From IMG/VR virus record IMGVR_UViG_3300044844_000428: a DNA stretch of 64,000 nucleotides. One strand, given 5' to 3'. The stretch is from a virus. Positions 57,144-64,000 of the stretch are shown here, piece by piece. Each line of letters begins with the position of its first letter. Within the stretch, counting starts at the first letter, position 1. The notes beneath the pieces are model-generated. The model was given only the letters and a program-made list of their open reading frames with translations, was not told where the DNA came from and did no database searches. Position numbers and translations under genes: made by a program.

Positions 57144-57580
57144 TATGCACCAGCTAGAAATTGTTTGAAACCAATAGAATTTTTAATTGACCATGTTCTA
57201 TCAGAAATTGATTTTAGAATCGATTCTAAAAGATAAATCATAGTATCAATATATTCTATTTTTAATTTCATATTAGCAATTTCAGTATCACCTTCTAGCA
57301 ATTGTTCCATTTCATTTTTTAATGGTTTTGCATATTGCCATTGTTCCCATCCTAAATCTATTAATTCTTGACGAGATAATTCACCACGATAATAACGAAA
57401 TTTAGTTTTCTTTAATACAACAAAATCATTTTTAATTTTACTTAATCTAAGTTTGGCGTCAATTAGTAGTCTAATATATTTAGAATGAAGTTTTGCAGTT
57501 TTTACAGATTCCGTATCTAGGTGGTCGTTATTGATTTCACAGTCAATTTCCCAATTTGCTTGGATTTCATCAAGTGTCAT
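57143..57580 (-). CDS. uvsY: recombination mediator
   Basis: LHSKY, YYRG, RTWSIKN.I..KQF.AG. Confidence 0.92.
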   Translation of the reverse strand: MTLDEIQANWEIDCEINNDHLDTESVKTAKLHSKYIRLLIDAKLRLSKIKNDFVVLKKTKFRYYRGELSRQELIDLGWEQWQYAKPLKNEMEQLLEGDTEIANMKLKIEYIDTMIYLLESILKSISDRTWSIKNSIGFKQFLAGA

Positions 57581-57595
57581 AATATCTCCAATAAT

Positions 57596-58120
57596 TTACT
57601 CAAAAATAAAGTATGTGTACTCAAATGTAGCCGATGCAGTTATATATGTGACGTCCGTATTAGTTGTAGCAAAAGTTAATCCTGAAAGATTAGTAGGAAT
57701 CAAATCAACAAATCTTACTGTTTGGACCACCGTATTATTTGAACCTAAAATCTCAAGAGTACCGTCTGAAAAGTTTCTTGCTGAATCAGACATAACAAAC
57801 TTTGGATTTCTATTTTGAAATGAAGTGTACTGTTCATATTCTTGAGGATGACCTAATCCAGCAATCCAGTTAAAGATAGCAAGATAGTTTGCCATATTCT
57901 CATCAACTAGAAAATTAATAGTCAATGGTTCGAATTCCATTTTAGTACTAGGAAGTTTTATCTGAGTGAATGGAGTGTCCATATCCATTCTAGGAAGTGA
58001 TATGCCTGGCAATGGTACTTCTTGAGTAAAGTAAACCATTTCGGGTATTTTCTGAATAACAAATTGGAATCCATTAGGAGATAACGGATTTAGATTTTCT
58101 GGTATAAGAGAGATTGCCAT
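57596..58120 (-). CDS. 3: tail completion/sheath stabilizer
   Basis: NPLSPNGF, LPGISL, FLVDENMANY, FSDGTLEIL; late promoter at 58145-58152. Confidence 0.88.
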   Translation of the reverse strand: MAISLIPENLNPLSPNGFQFVIQKIPEMVYFTQEVPLPGISLPRMDMDTPFTQIKLPSTKMEFEPLTINFLVDENMANYLAIFNWIAGLGHPQEYEQYTSFQNRNPKFVMSDSARNFSDGTLEILGSNNTVVQTVRFVDLIPTNLSGLTFATTNTDVTYITASATFEYTYFIFE

Positions 58121-58219
58121 GATAGTTCCTTACGATGTTTGAACTATTTATATATTTACATTGTGGTAAGAATGGTGTATAATTATACTAATGGTGCTTT
58201 ATTGTTAAAGGAAATACTT

Positions 58220-59953
58220 ATGGATGACTTGAAAACGAGATTGATAGAATACAGAAAAACAGCAAATAATACATGGACAAAAAAAATTACAGATACTGAT
58301 CTGGAACAAGATTTACTTGAATATCCAAACTATTCAGAGCTACCCCCAAATCAAAAGGCAGCTGCTATTATTCTGGGTAGAATTCCGATATGTGAATGTG
58401 GTAATGCAGTATCATTTCAGGGTAAACGAAAAGAAACTATCAATGGAACTCCATTTGGAGGATGGTTGGAATTCTGTTCATCTAAATGCGCTAAATCATC
58501 TAATAAAACAATAGAAAAAAGAAAACAGACGTGTATCGATAGATTTGGAACTGACAGTTGGTCAAAGACTGATATTGCTAAAAAGACTATGAGTTTACCA
58601 TGGTCAGAAGAAAAGAAAGTAGCATATAATGCTACTGTATCAAAGACATGTATTGAAAAGTATGGTGTTGACCATTATAGTAAAACAGAAGAATATTTAG
58701 ATAAGCGGAATGCTACAGTACTTAGGCAAACTGATGGCAAATATACCAATCATTTTCAGAATGTTGACAAGATAAAAGAATCTAATCTTGAAAAGTATGG
58801 TGTTGACCATTATAACAAAACTGAATCTGGTAGAAATAATCTTAGAACTAATAATGGTATGTTTAATCATGACGTCGCTATTAGATCAAAATTTAACAAG
58901 ATGAAATCTAAGTATTCTGAAGAACTATTGGAAATACTTATCAATAAAGATAATATAAGATTCAAATCATTCATTGATAGTATTGTTACATCGAATCAAT
59001 ATAAACATAGACACCAAATTGCAGAACACTTGAATTTAAGTTATTCTTATCTTAATGCTATATTTAGAGAGTATGGAATGCAAAATGAGTATCTAACACT
59101 AGGAACTTCAATCTCATTTAAAGAACAAGAAGTATTCGAGTATGTACAATCATTAGGTTTTACTATTAAGAGAAGCGATAGAACAATACTTGATGGTAAG
59201 GAAATAGATATACTTATTGAACAAAAGAAACTTGGAATAGAATTTAATGGGTTATATTATCATTCTGAGTATAGTGGAGGAAAAGATAGTAGATATCATC
59301 TTGATAAAACTGAACTATGTGAATTAAAAGGTTACCAACTTTTGCATATATTTGAAAATGAATGGAATGATTCTAGTAAGAATAAAATATGGAAATCCAT
59401 TATCAAATCAAAATTAGGTCTTATTACTAATAGAATATTTGCTAGAAAATGTACTGTCGTTGAACTAACACCAAAAGAAAGCAGAAAGTTCTTTGATGCA
59501 AATCATTTATCTGGATTCGTGGGAGCAAGTTTACATGTTGGACTATATTATAATGATACCTTGGTTTCTGCTATATCTTATGGTAAATCCAGATTCTCAA
59601 ATAATGAGAATGAAATTTATAGATTTGCTTCACTACTAGATTACCAAGTAGTTGGAGCATTGGGAAAATTAATATCAAAAATACCAAATGACAATTTAGT
59701 TTCTTTTGCAGATAGAAGAATATCAGGAGTAGATTCAGCATATTCTAAATTCTTTAATTTCAAGCATAAAGTTGGTCCAAATTGGTGGGGAATTGAATCT
59801 GGTAATCTTAAACATAGAATGAGTTATACTAAGAAGAATGTTAAGATGTTACTTGGTGAATTATATGATGAAAACTTATCAGTAAAAGATAATATGTTTG
59901 CCAATAAGATTGATATCATTCACGACTGCGGAAATTGGAAATTCTATAATTAA
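58220..59953 (+). CDS. Hef-like homing endonuclease (repeat region + PD-(D/E)xK/Vsr-like nuclease + C-terminal domain)
   Basis: CECG/FCSSKC, EKYGVDHY repeats, EIDILI...IEFNGLYYHSE, IFARKC, FADRR, IHDCG; own TTTACA-N17-TATAAT promoter. Confidence 0.75.
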   Translation: MDDLKTRLIEYRKTANNTWTKKITDTDLEQDLLEYPNYSELPPNQKAAAIILGRIPICECGNAVSFQGKRKETINGTPFGGWLEFCSSKCAKSSNKTIEKRKQTCIDRFGTDSWSKTDIAKKTMSLPWSEEKKVAYNATVSKTCIEKYGVDHYSKTEEYLDKRNATVLRQTDGKYTNHFQNVDKIKESNLEKYGVDHYNKTESGRNNLRTNNGMFNHDVAIRSKFNKMKSKYSEELLEILINKDNIRFKSFIDSIVTSNQYKHRHQIAEHLNLSYSYLNAIFREYGMQNEYLTLGTSISFKEQEVFEYVQSLGFTIKRSDRTILDGKEIDILIEQKKLGIEFNGLYYHSEYSGGKDSRYHLDKTELCELKGYQLLHIFENEWNDSSKNKIWKSIIKSKLGLITNRIFARKCTVVELTPKESRKFFDANHLSGFVGASLHVGLYYNDTLVSAISYGKSRFSNNENEIYRFASLLDYQVVGALGKLISKIPNDNLVSFADRRISGVDSAYSKFFNFKHKVGPNWWGIESGNLKHRMSYTKKNVKMLLGELYDENLSVKDNMFANKIDIIHDCGNWKFYN

Positions 59954-59963
59954 ATTTCAGACA

Positions 59964-59992
59964 TAAGAAAGGGGCCGTTAAGCCCCTTTTCT
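59964..59992. terminator. bidirectional terminator
   Basis: GGGGC/GCCCC hairpin with A- and T-tracts between convergent genes. Confidence 0.8.
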
Positions 59993-60019
59993 ACAACAAC
60001 AAAAGTTGTTATAAATCAA

Positions 60020-61363
60020 CTACATAAGATTTGCTACCGCGACCTTGCGATAATATGAGTTTGCATTAGCATACAAACCATTTGGATCTTGTGGACCTGT
60101 ATAATCAGCTACGGCAAATGGATTGCTAGCAATACCATAACGTGTTTTGAAGCCAATTTTTGGTTGGAATGTATTAGGATCAGTTGCACGAACTAATTGC
60201 AATGGTACATATGGGCAGTAGAACATACCAGCATCAAATGCTGAACTACCTTTATAACCAGCAACAAAGAATTGTGTAGCTGAACTGTTTGCTGCATATG
60301 GATCAACATAAACTTTATAACGACCGTTTAAGATACCAGCAAAAGTTGTTGAAGTATCATCAACATTCAATGAAGTAGATAATGCAGGAGCATAATCAAG
60401 TACACCAGCCATAGCAAGTGCAGATGCTACGTCAGCAGAAGTGATGATGAAGTTAGCTTTACCACGACGTGTTAATTGGCCAACAGCATTTGCTTCACGT
60501 TCAATTTGGAACAATAAACCTTTGAATTTTTCAACTGACCAACGACCATTTGAATCGATATCAAGATCGAATGAACCAGCAACAGCAGTACCAGTTTGAG
60601 CACCAACTTTAGCAGAGATATAAACGCGACGAACAACTTCACGGTTGATTTCAGCAAGAATTTCTTGAGTTAAGATGTTGCTCAATTCAGCAGCAGCATC
60701 TAAACCATGAACTGATTTAAGATCTTGTGCTAATTCATCTGTGTATTCTGCTTTCAACGCGCGGGTTTGAGCAGTAACAGATGTTTTTTCGATTGAGAAT
60801 GCCATTTCAGCAAAAGTAGTTGCTTCACCTTCAGCAGTAGTCATACCATAACCTGTAGTAGCGTTAAAGATGTCTGTTAATGCCGATTGTGTACCAGAAG
60901 CGGGAGTACCAGTACCGTCAAACAATGAAGCTGAACCAGAGAATTGAGTGTTTGCTTCGTTAACCAACGCTTCAGCACCATTTTGTGATGTGTAACGCGA
61001 TTTCATAGCAAAGATCAAACCAGTAGGTTGAGTCATTGGTTGAACACCACAGATATCATAAGCAATCATTTGTGGCATTGCACGACGTACTAATGAGATT
61101 AATACTGGATCGTAACCTTGAACAGCTGCAGTAGTTGCACCAGCAGCCCAACCAGCAGAACCTAAAGCGATAGATGAACCACCAGCGTTAGCGTGTGTTT
61201 CATACAAGCCCATGCTCATTGAACCTTCTTCACGCATTGCTTTTTCTTGGTTTTCTAATAATACCGCAGTAACTTCTTTACGGTAGTTGTCTTTGATAGG
61301 ACTTAAAGATTCGTGCTCTAAGATAGGAGCCCATTTTTTTACTAATTCAGGACGAGTTTGCAT
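60020..61363 (-). CDS. 23: major capsid protein
   Basis: KWAPILEH, GVQPMTQPTGLIFAM, RALKAEY..ELAQDLK.VHG, YCPYVPL, FQPKIGFKTRYG. Confidence 0.98.
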   Translation of the reverse strand: MQTRPELVKKWAPILEHESLSPIKDNYRKEVTAVLLENQEKAMREEGSMSMGLYETHANAGGSSIALGSAGWAAGATTAAVQGYDPVLISLVRRAMPQMIAYDICGVQPMTQPTGLIFAMKSRYTSQNGAEALVNEANTQFSGSASLFDGTGTPASGTQSALTDIFNATTGYGMTTAEGEATTFAEMAFSIEKTSVTAQTRALKAEYTDELAQDLKSVHGLDAAAELSNILTQEILAEINREVVRRVYISAKVGAQTGTAVAGSFDLDIDSNGRWSVEKFKGLLFQIEREANAVGQLTRRGKANFIITSADVASALAMAGVLDYAPALSTSLNVDDTSTTFAGILNGRYKVYVDPYAANSSATQFFVAGYKGSSAFDAGMFYCPYVPLQLVRATDPNTFQPKIGFKTRYGIASNPFAVADYTGPQDPNGLYANANSYYRKVAVANLM

Positions 61364-61381
61364 TTTTGTAATTTCCTTATT

Positions 61382-62860
61382 TTAAAGTTTAATTCTGTTA
61401 AAAGTTTCTAAATATTGAGCTACATTTGGATCAATGTTTTGTACACTTTCAGTAAGTTGTACTGGTGAATCAGTTACGATAGATTGTACTGTACCAGCAG
61501 TGGGTTTTTTACCAAAGTAATTTTCTTTGATGATTTGCAATTTAGAAGAATATGTGTCTGAATCTTCAAAAGATAATTCTTCAGCAAGAGATTTGAATTT
61601 CTCTACTTCAGTATCAGTCATTGTTTTGCAGAATTCTTCTGTAATTGTATTTCTTTCTACATAATTGATGTACTTAGACATCTCAACATTCGATTCCAAA
61701 GATTCATCAAGTTTAGATTCCAAAATAGCTACTGATTCTTGTAATTCAGCAACAAGATCAAGTTTTTCATCTGGAACTTCAATATAATGCTCTTGGAATA
61801 AATTTTTCATTCCACTAACAAATCCTTCAAGAATGTCATTTTTAATGCCGGTTGTAACGGCAAGTTCATTATCATTCATCCACTGCTCAACAACATAGTT
61901 GAGGTATCCATCAACTTTTTCAACAATTTCTTCTTTAGCACCTTCATAGTATTCTACGAGGCGGTCTTGGAATTCTTCTTCTAATGATTCAACTTCTTGA
62001 GTCACTCTTGACATTACAGCAGCTTCAAAGATTGCAGTAGCTTTTTCTCTGAATTCTTCTGTAAGGTTTTCGCCATTCATTAAAGCATCAACATCGGCAT
62101 CGATATCTTCTTTAGTCAATCTATCGACTGCTCTATTAATACCAACCTTACGTTTTTTATTCATACTAGCTGCGTGTTCATATTCTTTACTTCTTGTGGG
62201 ATCAGTAACAGTTACACCCTTAACAAAACCCGCAAGACCAACATCAGATGTTGCTTTCTTGACATAAGAACCCAAAGTTTTCTTTGATAATTCATCAAGT
62301 TGCTCATAATCTTCTGACATCATAAAGTCTTCTAATTCTTCAATTGAAAAATCTTCAAGATCTTCTTTAGTCAATTTGTTGACTGCTTTAGCAATACCTT
62401 TTTGTCTCGTATGTATTTTTCTTCCATGATATGCTGAATTTTCGATATCTCCTCTTTCAAGAGAACCGACCATATTAATACCATGAGATGAAAGTTTATC
62501 AGATGCTTTCTTGACATAAGAACCCAAAGTTTTCTTTGACAATTCGTCAAGTTGTTCTTCATCAAGATCATCAATATCTTCGTTGACATTAGTATTTAGA
62601 ACTTTTTTAGTTTTTCTTTTGAATGTATCGTGTGGTTCATTGTGCTGTTGACCAGAACGATGTAATGACCAACCTGGACCTTTAGGTCTTTCGCCTACTG
62701 GAACCTTGACTTTTTCCACATCTAATGCTTCATCAAGATCTTCTTCAGAATCTTCATCATCTTCTTTATCAGACTCTTTCATTTTGGTTTTGCATGCTTC
62801 AGCCATTTGCAATGCTTCAGATTCTCTTAATAAATCTGCAATTTTATCTTCTATAGACAT
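61382..62860 (-). CDS. 22: prohead core scaffold protein with N-terminal insertion
   Basis: EEFREKATAIFEAAV, YLNYVVEQWM, LF.EHYIEVP. Confidence 0.92.
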   Translation of the reverse strand: MSIEDKIADLLRESEALQMAEACKTKMKESDKEDDEDSEEDLDEALDVEKVKVPVGERPKGPGWSLHRSGQQHNEPHDTFKRKTKKVLNTNVNEDIDDLDEEQLDELSKKTLGSYVKKASDKLSSHGINMVGSLERGDIENSAYHGRKIHTRQKGIAKAVNKLTKEDLEDFSIEELEDFMMSEDYEQLDELSKKTLGSYVKKATSDVGLAGFVKGVTVTDPTRSKEYEHAASMNKKRKVGINRAVDRLTKEDIDADVDALMNGENLTEEFREKATAIFEAAVMSRVTQEVESLEEEFQDRLVEYYEGAKEEIVEKVDGYLNYVVEQWMNDNELAVTTGIKNDILEGFVSGMKNLFQEHYIEVPDEKLDLVAELQESVAILESKLDESLESNVEMSKYINYVERNTITEEFCKTMTDTEVEKFKSLAEELSFEDSDTYSSKLQIIKENYFGKKPTAGTVQSIVTDSPVQLTESVQNIDPNVAQYLETFNRIKL

Positions 62861-62879
62861 CGTGTCTCCCTTGTTATAG

Positions 62880-63521
62880 TTACTTAATACGTGTTAAGAA
62901 ATTTTGAAATTCTTTCAGTGATACTTCATTTATTAAACTAGATTTGGCACCTGAAATTGCTTTGCGAGCATCATCAATATGGCGTTCTGTAAAGATACCA
63001 TTAACGTAAACCCATTCTTTACCTTCCATGATACCATTAACCCAACAATCAATACCACTTGGTTCGTGGACAATATCCACTGTATTCAATTTATAGTCTG
63101 ACTGGACTTCATTGATATTACCTTTACGAACTACTGAACCAAGTCCTCTTGAAGATACTCCTAACTTAACACCTTCTTCTAAGAAGTTCTGAGCAATCTT
63201 ACCCATAGGGGTATCAAGGATTTTAGCTTTACCAACAATGTCATTACCATCAAATCTCAATTCAGTAATCAAGTGAGATACTTTATCAAGATTAAGAGAA
63301 GGAGAGTCTGGATGACCAAGTTCGCCAAGTGAGCGTTTTTCTTTTATAGAAGATTGGTATTTTTTGAGTTCTGATTCCATAATAGACTTAGGATAAGTTC
63401 TTCCATTTCTATTAGGTGTATCGGCTTGCATAAAAACACCACTGATGTAATGGGATTTCTTTGTGCCATCTGATTCGACCAGATATTGCACATCCATTAC
63501 TTGTTCTGTGATTAATTTCAT
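62880..63521 (-). CDS. 21: prohead protease
   Basis: GVFMQA..NRNGR.Y, GELGHP, GVSSRGLGS. Confidence 0.96.
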   Translation of the reverse strand: MKLITEQVMDVQYLVESDGTKKSHYISGVFMQADTPNRNGRTYPKSIMESELKKYQSSIKEKRSLGELGHPDSPSLNLDKVSHLITELRFDGNDIVGKAKILDTPMGKIAQNFLEEGVKLGVSSRGLGSVVRKGNINEVQSDYKLNTVDIVHEPSGIDCWVNGIMEGKEWVYVNGIFTERHIDDARKAISGAKSSLINEVSLKEFQNFLTRIK

Positions 63522-63529
63522 ATCTGTCC

Positions 63530-63937
63530 TTAGATTGATTGGATAGTACTTAATTGATCTGTATTTTTATAACCAGAAACCTTTTTAAGTCTAACCCAAA
63601 GTTCCATATTGCCAGTACCAGTAACAGTAAACACTAATGGATATGTATTATTGATTGGATCGTTAGCAAATCCAGCTTCTGATAAATTGATACTACCAAT
63701 AGTATTAGATTGGAAGGTATATGACCTTACAGAATTTCTATCAATAGCAATAGTACAATCAGCATTGCCAGACCAAAATAGATTAGCAATATTAACTTTC
63801 TGAGTAGCACCATTCAGTGCTTCGTTTACTGCAAGGATATCCGTTGTCAAGTTAAGTGTTGCTGAACCAGCAGTGCCTGCAACTTTAACAACAACATCGC
63901 TATAGGTTTTTGATACAACTGTTATAGTTACAGCCAT
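63530..63937 (-). CDS. hypothetical head-region protein
   Basis: Beta-rich ORF upstream of gp21. Confidence 0.6.
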   Translation of the reverse strand: MAVTITVVSKTYSDVVVKVAGTAGSATLNLTTDILAVNEALNGATQKVNIANLFWSGNADCTIAIDRNSVRSYTFQSNTIGSINLSEAGFANDPINNTYPLVFTVTGTGNMELWVRLKKVSGYKNTDQLSTIQSI

Positions 63938-64000
63938 CTTTTATTCCTTAATTGTTTCTTGAATAACACTAAAGAAGTTATCTTTAGATTCATTCATAAA

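Noticed and set aside
1-64000. Stop-codon reassignment or group I introns
   Set aside because: Core genes (td, nrdB, 43, 23) are full length in the standard code and no suppressor tRNA is seen.

Overview
AT-rich 64-kb segment of a T4-like myovirus genome, almost entirely coded on the minus strand. It carries the T4 core replication, recombination and late-transcription modules (gp43, gp41, uvsX/Y/W, gp44/62/45, regA, gp46/47, gp55, rnh, ligase), head genes (gp21, gp22, gp23, gp3), nucleotide metabolism (td, frd, cd, nrdA with an HNH-type intein, nrdB), six tRNAs, two antisense homing endonucleases and an embedded Rz/Rz1 spanin pair. The main result is a DNA hypermodification system. The phage has a close T4 gp42 dCMP hydroxymethylase next to a DenB-like nuclease and MazG-like pyrophosphatases. 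Separately, a four-gene operon joins a T4-type beta-glucosyltransferase to a SAM methyltransferase, a CofD/YvcK-HAD fusion and a nucleotidyltransferase, which predicts a modified hmC adduct beyond simple glucosyl-hmC. Other notable signals: a late-promoter-driven antisense RNA packed with CsrA/RsmA-type GGA sites, a ROSE-like thermometer before hsp20, gp61 reduced to its zinc finger while an AEP-type primase sits elsewhere, twin antisense promoter elements (origin candidates), tRNAs with non-canonical tertiary residues, and a cluster of proteins with capsid-targeting-like N-termini. All calls come from motif recognition by eye; no searches were run.
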